Shown one piece after another: positions 28,940 through 38,887 of a stretch of DNA of 64,000 bases (within the stretch, counting starts at the first letter, position 1; every line of letters starts with the position of its first letter). The stretch lies in assembly GCA_964347415.1 (NCBI GenBank), contig CAYFYJ010000022.1, positions 51,088-115,087 of the forward strand, given 5' to 3'. The notes beneath the pieces are model-generated. The model was not told the origin of the DNA. It searched no databases and saw only the letters and a program-made list of their open reading frames with translations. A program made the translations under genes and the position numbers. This DNA comes from an uncultured archaeon (GTDB lineage Archaea; Aenigmatarchaeota; Aenigmatarchaeia; CG10238-14).

Positions 28940-31045
28940 ATGGTTTGGTTTATGGTTTTTATGGACAGCAAAATTTTACCCATCTTGATAGTAATCGGAA
29001 TTATAGTCCTAGTTAGTGTATCCATTAAACCCGAGATCCCAGTAAAACCCGAACTGAAGAAGTTCTCTTCTTGTGATGAGATAGAAAATTTTATAAAAAC
29101 AGGTGGAGAAATCGGCATGTATGGCGGTATAGGCATGCCTGTTTTTACTGATGGTCTTGTGCCAAGAGCTCTTGCAACTACAACTGGTGGAGCTGAGGCC
29201 GCCACAGAATATTCGACAACAAACATACAAGTTGCAGGAGTTGATGAAGCCGATATCGTAAAGAATGATGGAAAATACATATATGTTGTTTCCGGAAAAA
29301 AGGTTGTTATTGTAGATGCCTACCCAGCTGAAAATTCTAAGGTTTTATCTGAGATAGAATTCAGTGGATCCCCTCAAGAGATATTCATAAATCAGGATAA
29401 ACTGATCATTTTTGGGCGTGAATCTTCCGGCAAAGGATACTATTCTTCAGAGACTTTTCTTCAAGTTTATGATATTTCAGATAGAGAAAACCCAACTGTA
29501 TCGAGAGACATTCTATTCGATGGAAGCTATTACGATTCGAGGATGATAGGAGATTATGTTTACGTTGTAATAAACCAGCCTGTATATCACTATAGTGAAG
29601 AAGAACTAAATATCCCAGAAATTACATACGCGGGCGAATCTAGACCTTTATGCAGATGCCTTGATGTATACTATTTCGATGTTCTAGATTATTCCTACAA
29701 ATTTACATCTATAACAGCGATAAACACTCAGGATGATGATGAAGATGTATCATATGAAGTATTTCTCATGGGAAATGCACAGAACATGTTCGTTTCTTTG
29801 AATAACATTTACATAACCTATACAAAGTGGTTGAGGCATATCGATTATTTGGAAAGAATGATCGATAAAGTTTACATACCCAACGTACCGATAAACATCG
29901 CTAATGAAATGCGTACGATAAAAAATTCAGACCTTGAAACTTATCAAAAAATGCAGGAAGTAAGAGAAACATTCGAAAATTATTACAACAGTTTGAGTAA
30001 TGTCCAAAAAGAGAGTTTAATGAAGAATGTACAAGAAGATACGACAGATTTACTACAAGAAATCGCAAAAGAAACACAAAAAACAGCCGTTCATAAAATA
30101 TCCATAGAAAATGGAGAAATAGAATATGAAACAAATGGGGAAGTTCCCGGGAATGTTTTGAACCAGTTCTCCATGGACGAATACAATGGATACTTTAGAA
30201 TAGCAACCACGACAGGAGGTCTTTGGATGTTTACTGGCCAAACACCATCCCAAAACCATGTTTATGTTCTCGATAATAATCTTAACATTGTTGGAAAATT
30301 AGAAGATCTTGCTCCTGGAGAAAGTATTTATTCCGCTAGGTTTGTCGGCGATAGAGGTTATCTCGTGACGTTCAGAAAGATTGACCCCCTATTCGTGATA
30401 GACTTAACAAACCCATCCAACCCAAAGATTCTCGGAAAACTAAAAATACCCGGTTATTCTGATTACCTGCATCCTTACGACGAGAACCATATAATAGGAA
30501 TAGGTAAGGAAACAGTAGCAGCGGAACAAGGCGATTTTGCTTGGTATCAAGGAGTGAAATTATCTTTGTTCGATGTGAGCGATGTTTCAAAACCAAAAGA
30601 AGTATCAAAGTATGAGATAGGCGATAGAGGAACTGATTCTTATGCGTTAAGAGATCATAAGGCATTCTTGTTCAGCAAATCAAAGAACCTTCTTGTCATT
30701 CCCATCTTACTCGCTGAAATAGACGAAGAAAAATATCCAGGTGGTGTGCCTCCTAGTATGCACGGAGATTATGTTTGGCAAGGGGCTTATGTATTAGATG
30801 TTTCCTTGGATGACGGATTTGTATTAAGAGGTAGAATAACTCATTTAGAAGATGATGAAGAGTTTTTGAAGAGCGGCTATTACTTCAGATCTGATTATTC
30901 TGTGAAAAGGTCTCTCTACATGGATGATGTACTTTATACTGTTTCAAACAAAATGATAAAAATGAATAATCTAGAGGACCTAGAAGAAATCAATAGAATA
31001 AGTCTTCCTTATGAAAAAGGTTATTACCCAGGTTATTGGGAATAA
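28940..31045 (+). CDS. Secreted/membrane-anchored beta-propeller-repeat protein.
   Basis: N-terminal TM. Repeated …DGKYIYVV… / …GDRGYLVTF… blades. Confidence 0.45.
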   Translation: MVWFMVFMDSKILPILIVIGIIVLVSVSIKPEIPVKPELKKFSSCDEIENFIKTGGEIGMYGGIGMPVFTDGLVPRALATTTGGAEAATEYSTTNIQVAGVDEADIVKNDGKYIYVVSGKKVVIVDAYPAENSKVLSEIEFSGSPQEIFINQDKLIIFGRESSGKGYYSSETFLQVYDISDRENPTVSRDILFDGSYYDSRMIGDYVYVVINQPVYHYSEEELNIPEITYAGESRPLCRCLDVYYFDVLDYSYKFTSITAINTQDDDEDVSYEVFLMGNAQNMFVSLNNIYITYTKWLRHIDYLERMIDKVYIPNVPINIANEMRTIKNSDLETYQKMQEVRETFENYYNSLSNVQKESLMKNVQEDTTDLLQEIAKETQKTAVHKISIENGEIEYETNGEVPGNVLNQFSMDEYNGYFRIATTTGGLWMFTGQTPSQNHVYVLDNNLNIVGKLEDLAPGESIYSARFVGDRGYLVTFRKIDPLFVIDLTNPSNPKILGKLKIPGYSDYLHPYDENHIIGIGKETVAAEQGDFAWYQGVKLSLFDVSDVSKPKEVSKYEIGDRGTDSYALRDHKAFLFSKSKNLLVIPILLAEIDEEKYPGGVPPSMHGDYVWQGAYVLDVSLDDGFVLRGRITHLEDDEEFLKSGYYFRSDYSVKRSLYMDDVLYTVSNKMIKMNNLEDLEEINRISLPYEKGYYPGYWE

Positions 31046-32518
31046 TCATTCAATATCAATCTGTGCCTTCTGTAACTTACCAGAATAATCAATATAAACC
31101 GTTTTAGTTTCAGAAAACTCATTTATACCTTCAATCCCTGCTTCCCTAGTTCCATTTCCTGTATGCTTAACTCCTCCAAAAGGTAAATGGACCTCTGAAC
31201 CAATAGTACTAGAATTAACATAAGTCAATCCAGCTTCTATATGTTGGATTGCGAGGAAAGCCTTTCTAATATTTTCAGTATAAATCGCCGAGCTCAACCC
31301 GTATTCCACAGAGTTCATTGTATCGATAGCTTCATCAAAATCTTTCACAGGGATTAAAGAAACTATCGGTCCGAATATCTCTTCTTGTGCTATCCTCATG
31401 TCTATCGTACAGTCAGTAAACAAAGTCGGTTCGAAGAAGAATCCCTTCATCTTAGGAACCCTACCACCTATCAAGATTTTAGCTCCTTCTCGTAAACCAA
31501 CCTCAACATAACTCATGCTTTTTTGTTGCGCTGCTCTGTTGACCAACGGTCCAACATCTGTTTTAGGTTTCAATCCATCTCCAAGTCTTAATTTACTAAT
31601 CCTCTGAACTAACATCGTCTCAAACCTCTCTTTAATTTTCTCATGAACGATAATTCTAGAAGCAGCAGTACATCTTTGTCCTGTAGTTCCATACCCGCCC
31701 CATATCACCCCGTCTAAAGCAAGGTTTAAGTTGGCATCATCCATTACTATTATTCCATTCTTTCCTCCTAACTCTAACCCAACTTTTTTCAACCCAGCTT
31801 CTTTAACTATCGTTTCTCCAGTGGTTTTACTACCAGTGAAAGAAATCCCTCTAATCTTTTCGTGTTTTACTATCGACATGCCAACGTTCCTACCAGGACC
31901 AGTCACAAGGTTCACAACTCCCTTTGGCAATCCAGCTTTTTCTAATATATCTACAAATTTGGTGGCACACAGGGGGGTGTCGGATGAAGGTTTGAACACA
32001 ACAGTATTCCCACAAATTAATGCGGGGAAAATTTTCCATGCAGGAATGGCCAACGGAAAATTCCAAGGACTTATTAAACCACAGATACCAATAGGTGTTC
32101 TGATCGTCATACAAAATTTATCTTTCAACTCAGAAGGAGTAGTGTGACCAAACAATCTTCTGCCTTCCCCAGCCATATATTCAGCCATGTCAATAGCTTC
32201 TTGAACATCTCCCCTGGCTTCAGCTATAACTTTTCCCATTTCTCTCGTCACTAGTTTTGCCAATTTTTCCTTGTTTTTTTTGAGTATTTCTGATGCCTTT
32301 AGTATTATCAACCCTCTCTTCGGGGCAGGTGTGTTACTCCAAGAACCGAAAGCTTTTTCTGCGGCCTCAACAGCCTTTTCTACATCATTTTCATTCCCTT
32401 TCTGGAATCGTCCTAAAACCTGCTTTGGTTTGGCGGGATTCGGACTAGGAAAGGTTTTTCCAGAATCAGAATTAACCCATTTACCATCTATATAGAGCTT
32501 ATATTTAGACCCGAACAT
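31046..32518 (-). CDS. NAD(P)+-dependent aldehyde dehydrogenase.
   Basis: ALDH Glu/Cys active-site motifs (ELGGKN…, GQRCTAASR). Confidence 0.85.
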   Translation of the reverse strand: MFGSKYKLYIDGKWVNSDSGKTFPSPNPAKPKQVLGRFQKGNENDVEKAVEAAEKAFGSWSNTPAPKRGLIILKASEILKKNKEKLAKLVTREMGKVIAEARGDVQEAIDMAEYMAGEGRRLFGHTTPSELKDKFCMTIRTPIGICGLISPWNFPLAIPAWKIFPALICGNTVVFKPSSDTPLCATKFVDILEKAGLPKGVVNLVTGPGRNVGMSIVKHEKIRGISFTGSKTTGETIVKEAGLKKVGLELGGKNGIIVMDDANLNLALDGVIWGGYGTTGQRCTAASRIIVHEKIKERFETMLVQRISKLRLGDGLKPKTDVGPLVNRAAQQKSMSYVEVGLREGAKILIGGRVPKMKGFFFEPTLFTDCTIDMRIAQEEIFGPIVSLIPVKDFDEAIDTMNSVEYGLSSAIYTENIRKAFLAIQHIEAGLTYVNSSTIGSEVHLPFGGVKHTGNGTREAGIEGINEFSETKTVYIDYSGKLQKAQIDIE

Positions 32519-32561
32519 ACCCTCTAAGAATTATTTATCTTATAATAAATTATCTTTAAGG

Positions 32562-32948
32562 TTAACTCAAAGGACAATCAGTCAGTTCACTCAGTTTTTC
32601 AAGCGGTTGTTCACCAACATAGGGAAGTCCGTTGATAATCCAAGTCGGATATCCTTTGATCCCTGCATTTAGGCAAACATCGGGGCTATCAGGACATTCA
32701 ACGTAATTTATATGCTTAAAAGAACCATCGAACATTTCTTTCTGGTTTTTGCAATGTCCGCACCATTCGGCCCCGTACATTGTGGCTCCTTTATCTGAAA
32801 GACATTTGGCGAAATTATCTAAATCACTCAAATTACTATCATCTTCTACTAAATAACCACTAACAGACCAAGCAACTATACCTACTACTATTAGTATTAT
32901 GATTACCGAAACCAGTTTTCCGCCTATCTTTATCTCCATTTCCATCAA
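32562..32948 (-). CDS. Membrane-anchored thioredoxin-fold thiol-disulfide oxidoreductase.
   Basis: N-terminal TM plus a …GAEWCGHCKNQ… CxxC motif. Confidence 0.55.
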   Translation of the reverse strand: MMEMEIKIGGKLVSVIIILIVVGIVAWSVSGYLVEDDSNLSDLDNFAKCLSDKGATMYGAEWCGHCKNQKEMFDGSFKHINYVECPDSPDVCLNAGIKGYPTWIINGLPYVGEQPLEKLSELTDCPLS

Positions 32949-32967
32949 CTAAAATTAAAAAGGGGGT

Positions 32968-33978
32968 TTAGCATCCACCAGTCGAGGGTGCGTCCTCAGC
33001 TGCTGCTTCTAATGTTTCTGAACATTCCTCTGGTTCTGTTTCGAATCCACTGCAAATACCTTGCTTGAATGCTTCTGGAGTTCTACCTCCGCTATATCTT
33101 TCGCCGTTTATTATTAATGTTGGTGAACCACTTACTCCATACTGTTCTGTCAACTCTCCATCCGCTTTTAGAAGGTCTAAACCTTCTGAGCCATAAGCAC
33201 ATGTCTCTATTTTCTCTATGTCAATATCAAATTTCTCTGCAGCTTCTTTCCAGCAAGCATCCATTTTTTCTGAATCTCTGTAAATGGAAAAACAATTTTC
33301 GTTTATTTCGTTCAAGTAACTCCAGAAAGTTTCTTGATCGTAGTTTTTCATTACGCATATTTGTCTTAAATCTTCCTTTGCTTCTTCAATGCCATGTAAA
33401 GATTGTACAGACTCTACATCGTCTCCTTGTACATTGGCTATGAAACGTATCTTTATGTCTGCTTTATCTCCCAAAAGACCTATTACTGGTTCCATTGCAT
33501 CTTCTGCTTGCTTACCGAACGGACAGAATGACATGACGTACAGGTCAACTTCTGGTCTTTCTGCGTCAGGAGCATCAAAAGTTCCCGTAGGTTGTTCTTG
33601 CTGTTCCGGCAATTCAGGCGTTTCCGTTAAATCTACTGCCGATGGAAACAATAGTGTTCCGTCCATCGTCGCATAAGAATCGTATACTCTGCCTGCAATG
33701 TTGAGCTTTATGTTATAGAGCCCATCCTTTTCTTCAACACTCGTGAAGCTTGCAGTTCCCTGTCCTGCTAGGATATATTTGTTTATGTAATCCACGGCTT
33801 TATTAGCAACTTCGTCACCCGATACTGTTGGTCTGGTTCCATCTGTTGATACTACTCTACCTGTCATGCTTGGATAAGCCAAGAGTATTGCTAGTATTAT
33901 CAGCAAAATCAACGTAGATATTATCCAAGGATTTACTCTTATCTTTATACCCTCTTTTTTTTTAGTTTTTTCAGCCAT
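32968..33978 (-). CDS. DsbA-like thioredoxin-fold protein with a variant active site (CPFG).
   Basis: N-terminal TM, …YVMSFCPFGKQ… (33514-33525), and a DsbA-type …GSPTLIING… cis-Pro region. Confidence 0.5.
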   Translation of the reverse strand: MAEKTKKKEGIKIRVNPWIISTLILLIILAILLAYPSMTGRVVSTDGTRPTVSGDEVANKAVDYINKYILAGQGTASFTSVEEKDGLYNIKLNIAGRVYDSYATMDGTLLFPSAVDLTETPELPEQQEQPTGTFDAPDAERPEVDLYVMSFCPFGKQAEDAMEPVIGLLGDKADIKIRFIANVQGDDVESVQSLHGIEEAKEDLRQICVMKNYDQETFWSYLNEINENCFSIYRDSEKMDACWKEAAEKFDIDIEKIETCAYGSEGLDLLKADGELTEQYGVSGSPTLIINGERYSGGRTPEAFKQGICSGFETEPEECSETLEAAAEDAPSTGGC

Positions 33979-34045
33979 TACATCACTCTATAACAGATAA
34001 GATGTGAACTTTAAATATATATTGATTTTCTAGGTTTTAGGACTT

Positions 34046-35413
34046 TTAACGCGCTAAATATTTATCAAGCTCCCATGGATGTACCTGAATTCTGTATGAA
34101 TCCCAATGAGCCCTTTCAGCTTCAAGAAGTTTTTCTAAAACATAATCTCCTAGGGCCCTTCTCGCGATTTTACTTTTCTCTAAAAGATCCATAGCCTCTC
34201 CTAGAGTTCCTGGAAGTGTTTCTATATAAAATTCCTTAAGTTTAGCATCGTCAAAATGATATACGTCTTCTTCTACAGGATTTGATAATTCTAGTTTTTG
34301 TTCGATTCCTTCTAATCCCGCTTCTAACATTACAGCATAAGCTAAGAAAGGGTTTCCTGATGGATCTAACCAACGTGCCTCGAGACGCGTAGCATTTTCT
34401 TTACCAGGAAAATATTTTGGAATTCTCACGAGAGCTGATCTGTTTCTTTCAGCCCAACAAACATATACGGGAGCCTCATATCCAGGAGTTAAACGTTTAT
34501 ATGAATTAACAGTAGGATTAGTGACAGCCGTTATTTCCCTTGCATGTTTTAGTAATCCGGCTAAGAAATATCTAGCTGTTTCTGAAAGATGATAATTATC
34601 GTTCGGGTCAAAGAATAAGTTTTCACCCTTTGCATTGAACAAACTTAAATGAGTATGTGCCCCAGAACCATTTACACCAAATATCGGTTTTGGCATAAAA
34701 CTTGCGATTAAATTATTCTCAAGAACTGCTGTTTTAACAGCTATTTTATAAGTTATAAAATTTACTGCTGCTTTAAACGCTGAATCATAACTAAAATTTA
34801 TTTCATACTGGCCTTGAGCAACTTCATGATGTACCTTTTCAACATCGATTCCGAGCTCCTGCAGATAACGAACAGCCTTATTTACTGATATCGTCGCTTT
34901 ATCCAACGGAGCATAATCAAAATAGCCATAAACATCTGTTTTAAGTGGCATCGTAGTCATGCTGTCAGCACTTTGAAATATAAAAAACTCTATCTCAGGA
35001 CCTAAGTTAAATATTGTACCCACACCTAATTTTTCTTCCATTCTCTTTATTGCCTGTCTCAGAATATGTATCGGATCACCTTCAAATGGCCGACCTTCAG
35101 GTCTGAGTACATCACATATAATCCTGGCCCCAACCATTTCATCTACTTTCCAAGGAAAAATTCTAAAAGTGGGCAGAACAGGTTTTAAAACAAGGTCACT
35201 TTCAGCAATTCTTACAAATCCTTCAACAGAAGAACCATCAAAACCAATACCACTTTCCAAATAGTCTTCAAAATCTTTTTTATTTGTTTCAGTTTTTGTA
35301 GGTACAGCAACGCTTTTTAGATTACCAGGAATGTCAACAAATTGAAAAGAAACAAAATCTACATTTTCCTGTTTTATAAGACCAACGACTTTATTAATCT
35401 CTTCTATTCCCAT
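34046..35413 (-). CDS. glnA: Glutamine synthetase type I.
   Basis: GS catalytic motifs and a length of 455 aa. Confidence 0.85.
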   Translation of the reverse strand: MGIEEINKVVGLIKQENVDFVSFQFVDIPGNLKSVAVPTKTETNKKDFEDYLESGIGFDGSSVEGFVRIAESDLVLKPVLPTFRIFPWKVDEMVGARIICDVLRPEGRPFEGDPIHILRQAIKRMEEKLGVGTIFNLGPEIEFFIFQSADSMTTMPLKTDVYGYFDYAPLDKATISVNKAVRYLQELGIDVEKVHHEVAQGQYEINFSYDSAFKAAVNFITYKIAVKTAVLENNLIASFMPKPIFGVNGSGAHTHLSLFNAKGENLFFDPNDNYHLSETARYFLAGLLKHAREITAVTNPTVNSYKRLTPGYEAPVYVCWAERNRSALVRIPKYFPGKENATRLEARWLDPSGNPFLAYAVMLEAGLEGIEQKLELSNPVEEDVYHFDDAKLKEFYIETLPGTLGEAMDLLEKSKIARRALGDYVLEKLLEAERAHWDSYRIQVHPWELDKYLAR

Positions 35414-35456
35414 TTTTTATAGATTGATGATGAAAATATTTATAGAGGATTTCAGG

Positions 35457-36443
35457 TTACTTTGATCCCACTCTTAATTTTTTTATTTCTTTTTCATTCA
35501 ATATAGAAACAGTTATTGATTTGTTTAACTTTTCTTTACCGTATTTAATTTTAATTTTTTTCCCTCTCACATCAGAATAACGAGCAGTTAATGCAGCTGC
35601 TTTTTCTATCGCTTTTTTTGTTTTCGACTCTTGAAGTAAAGTTATGGGACTACCACAATCAGGAACTTCAAAAAAATAATCAGAAGCACCTTTTAGTTTT
35701 AACAACTGTTTGTTCTCATCTTTATTCCTGCCCACGATTATTTTGTTCTTGCCAAACCTGAAATGTCGACCAATTCTCAGGAGTAGAACATCTTTCATCT
35801 TTATTCTATTCTTGTATTTAAACAAGTCCCTGACTTTATCTGCGAATTCCTTGTAAGTCAGCAAGCAACCACCCGATGGGCAAGGATAATCATTTATTTT
35901 ATATTTCTTTACTAGTTCGAACTGTCTTTTTCTAGATCTGCCTCTAATATCCAATAATTTTTCTCTATTAACCCAGCCCTTTTCCTCAGCTTCTGTTTTT
36001 GGTAATAACTTAGCAGAAAGAGGTCTCAGAACCTTTCTTTTTAAACCAGCCTCTTCTTCTATTATATTTAAAGCCTTTCTGTGTTGTGACATTGGTCTTT
36101 CATCCAATACCTCTCCAGTAAAAATGAATGAGGCGTTTATCTCTTTGGCATACTTTTTTGCTTTTTTTAATATGTAAATCCTACAATCTAGGCATGGATT
36201 CATATTTTTTCCATAACCATGTTTAGGATTCTTTATAATTTTCAGATATTCTTCATCTTTTTTCATTATCTTCAGGGGGATCTTGAATTTTTTAGCTATT
36301 CCCACAGCCCCACAACCACCTCTCCCACACAGGCAAAAAGGGGAGGTGAAGTTTATTGCAACAACATCTATACTCTGATCTAAGATTAACTTTACAGCTA
36401 GAGTACTATCCAACCCACCAGATAACAATGCTAAAGCTTTCAT
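35457..36443 (-). CDS. PP-loop ATP pyrophosphatase (ThiI/MnmA/QueC-like), probable tRNA sulfur-modification enzyme.
   Basis: SGGLDS PP-loop followed by CLCGRGGCG, plus a C-terminal CPSGGC. Confidence 0.45.
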   Translation of the reverse strand: MKALALLSGGLDSTLAVKLILDQSIDVVAINFTSPFCLCGRGGCGAVGIAKKFKIPLKIMKKDEEYLKIIKNPKHGYGKNMNPCLDCRIYILKKAKKYAKEINASFIFTGEVLDERPMSQHRKALNIIEEEAGLKRKVLRPLSAKLLPKTEAEEKGWVNREKLLDIRGRSRKRQFELVKKYKINDYPCPSGGCLLTYKEFADKVRDLFKYKNRIKMKDVLLLRIGRHFRFGKNKIIVGRNKDENKQLLKLKGASDYFFEVPDCGSPITLLQESKTKKAIEKAAALTARYSDVRGKKIKIKYGKEKLNKSITVSILNEKEIKKLRVGSK

Positions 36444-36447
36444 ACCA

Positions 36448-37305
36448 TCAATCTGTTAATTGTTTCATTAATTGACAAGCATTGCATAAATGTCTGCTAC
36501 TTGGTTCTCCACAAACCTCACAATAATTTATCTTTTTATCCTTTTTGGAACTTTTTTTGAACTCAGGTAATAGTTTTAAGAACTCTTTTATGATTTTATC
36601 TTTTGTTCTGGGATGGTTTTTTTCTATTTCATTAATGAATTTTCTGAAATATCTCCTATATGCATCCACACTGCAAGGACATCTTTCGTACAGGACTGGT
36701 AGACGCATCAGTTTAGAATATTTTGTTGTCTCTTCATTAGTACAAAAATACAACGGCTTTATCCTGGGAACAAATTTTTCATGTCTTATCACACCAGTTA
36801 CCGGGCCCATCCTGGCAAGCAGATTAATATTACCATGGAAATAATTCATCAAAATCGTTTCAACTTCATCATCTAGATTATGACCAGTTACCAATTTAGT
36901 TGCTTTCAGCTCTCTCGCCTTTCTGTTCAGCAACCAACGTCTTAGAATTGCGCATATTTTACAAGACCTCATGACGATGTTCTTAGATTTCAAAACAGAT
37001 CTCATATAACAAACAGAACATCCAAACTCTTTTCTAAGAGAGAATTCATGTAATTTTATTTTATTTTCCCTGCAAAACATTTCTATGTTCTTCAGGTTTC
37101 TTTTTGAATAGTTGCCTAAATGTAAATCAATATATATTGCTTCGACTTGATAGCCAAGTTTATTCAATAAAAAAAGTATAGATGTTGAATCCTTCCCGCC
37201 AGAAACAGCAACGATTAATCTGTCATCCTTAGAAATCAGATTAAAATTGTCTATAGTATTCTTGACTTTGTCATCGAAATGATTGACAAATTGGGTTTTG
37301 TTCAT
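36448..37305 (-). CDS. TtuA/Ncs6/TilS-family PP-loop tRNA thiolase-like protein.
   Basis: SGGKDS PP-loop, GHNLDDE motif, CxxC pairs (CSVC; CEVCG…CNAC). Confidence 0.6.
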   Translation of the reverse strand: MNKTQFVNHFDDKVKNTIDNFNLISKDDRLIVAVSGGKDSTSILFLLNKLGYQVEAIYIDLHLGNYSKRNLKNIEMFCRENKIKLHEFSLRKEFGCSVCYMRSVLKSKNIVMRSCKICAILRRWLLNRKARELKATKLVTGHNLDDEVETILMNYFHGNINLLARMGPVTGVIRHEKFVPRIKPLYFCTNEETTKYSKLMRLPVLYERCPCSVDAYRRYFRKFINEIEKNHPRTKDKIIKEFLKLLPEFKKSSKKDKKINYCEVCGEPSSRHLCNACQLMKQLTD

Positions 37306-37361
37306 TTTATCATTGTCTACCTATTATTAGGAAATTATATAAATATTTAGGGAATAACAAG

Positions 37362-37847
37362 TTGTATAGTATGACAACTAAACAAATTGGTTTTATCATA
37401 ATCGGGATCTCTGTATTATTGCTTCTTGTAATGGTATCTTTCATTAAAGAAATACAAGAAACAGCGATAACACAGTGTGGTTGTGTAGGTGGCACTTGTC
37501 CACATGAGGATAATTTACCCATACAAGGATACATAGGGATAACTCTATCTGGGGTTATTGGTATTTTTGGAGCGATACAGGTTCTCACCAGTAAAAGAAC
37601 CGAACAACGTGCTATTAAAAAAAGTCAAAAAATTCAAAAAATGTTGAAGACCTTAAAAGAAGAGCAGAAAAAAATATACTACTTGATCGAAAATTCTGAT
37701 GGAGCGGTCTTTCAGAGTGAGTTAGTTGAAAAGACTGATTTTTCTAAAGTAAAAGTTAGCAGAATTTTAGACAAACTAGAAGGCAAAGGTTTGATTATAA
37801 GAAGAAGAAGAGGGATGAGCAACGTCATCATCCTAAAACATCATTAA
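37362..37847 (+). CDS. Membrane-tethered winged-helix transcriptional regulator with an inter-TM Cys/His loop.
   Basis: Two TM helices flank …QCGCVGGTCPHED…. The C-terminal wHTH is …YYLIENSDGAVFQSELVEKTDFSKVKVSRILDKLEGKGLI…. Confidence 0.5.
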   Translation: MYSMTTKQIGFIIIGISVLLLLVMVSFIKEIQETAITQCGCVGGTCPHEDNLPIQGYIGITLSGVIGIFGAIQVLTSKRTEQRAIKKSQKIQKMLKTLKEEQKKIYYLIENSDGAVFQSELVEKTDFSKVKVSRILDKLEGKGLIIRRRRGMSNVIILKHH

Positions 37848-37907
37848 TTCTTTGATGAAACTAGTTTCATACAAGTAGGGATAAGATGTTTTTTTCTATT
37901 AATAGAT

Positions 37908-38852
37908 ATGACAGAAAAAGAAAATACTAAAACTATCAGATTAAAGATGGGTAAAATGACTACAGTAATACTGATAATAGTAGCTTTTGGCGTCGGTTAT
38001 TTTATTCGAGATATTATCCCAGACACCACGGGAGAACTTATAGGAACATCTTCTCCAGAGGGTTCACCTGAACCACAAGAACAGAAAGATGGATCACAAG
38101 AACAAAATGATATTGATCAATTGATCTTAGAATTAAAAGATGAAGTCGAGTGTACTTGTGGATGTGGTTGGACTCTCAGCGGTTGTGAAATAAACGACCC
38201 CGGATGTACCACAAGACCAGGCATAATTTCGAGAATTGAAGAATTAGCAGGACAAGGAAAAACAAAACAAGAAATAATCAACTTATTACAAGCACCGTCA
38301 CAGCCATCAAAACCCCAAGCACCAACTGGGACGGTTGAGGTGAGCGCAGACGACGATGCAAGTAAAGGATCAGACAATGCACCCGTTGTAATGATAGAAT
38401 TCAGTGATTTTGAGTGTCCATTCTGTACAAGATTTTGGAGAGACACATTACCACAAATAGAAAAGGAGTACATTGATACTGGGAAAGTTAAGTTTGTTTA
38501 TCGTGATTATCCATTAGGATTCCATCAAAACGCTCAAAAAGCAGCAGAAGCAGCAGAATGTGCAGATGATCAAGGAAAGTTCTGGGAATACCATGATAAG
38601 TTATTTGAAACTGGTGCTTTGAGTGTTACAAGCTTGAAGCAACACGTAGTTGATCTTGGATTAGATACTGAGAAATTCGACGATTGTTTAGATTCAGGGA
38701 AATATACATCAGAAGTTCAAAAAGACTTTCAGGATGGTCAAGCGGCTGGAGTAACAGGAACACCGGCATTCTTCATTAATGGGCAGAAGATTACAGGGGC
38801 ACAACCATTTTCAGCATTCAAACAAGTTATAGATACTGAACTATCAAAATAA
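37908..38852 (+). CDS. Secreted DsbA-like thiol-disulfide oxidoreductase.
   Basis: N-terminal TM, CPFC active site, GTPAFFINGQ cis-Pro loop. Confidence 0.65.
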   Translation: MTEKENTKTIRLKMGKMTTVILIIVAFGVGYFIRDIIPDTTGELIGTSSPEGSPEPQEQKDGSQEQNDIDQLILELKDEVECTCGCGWTLSGCEINDPGCTTRPGIISRIEELAGQGKTKQEIINLLQAPSQPSKPQAPTGTVEVSADDDASKGSDNAPVVMIEFSDFECPFCTRFWRDTLPQIEKEYIDTGKVKFVYRDYPLGFHQNAQKAAEAAECADDQGKFWEYHDKLFETGALSVTSLKQHVVDLGLDTEKFDDCLDSGKYTSEVQKDFQDGQAAGVTGTPAFFINGQKITGAQPFSAFKQVIDTELSK

Positions 38853-38887
38853 AATCGATAACCCATCAGGACAAGAATATTTAGGGA

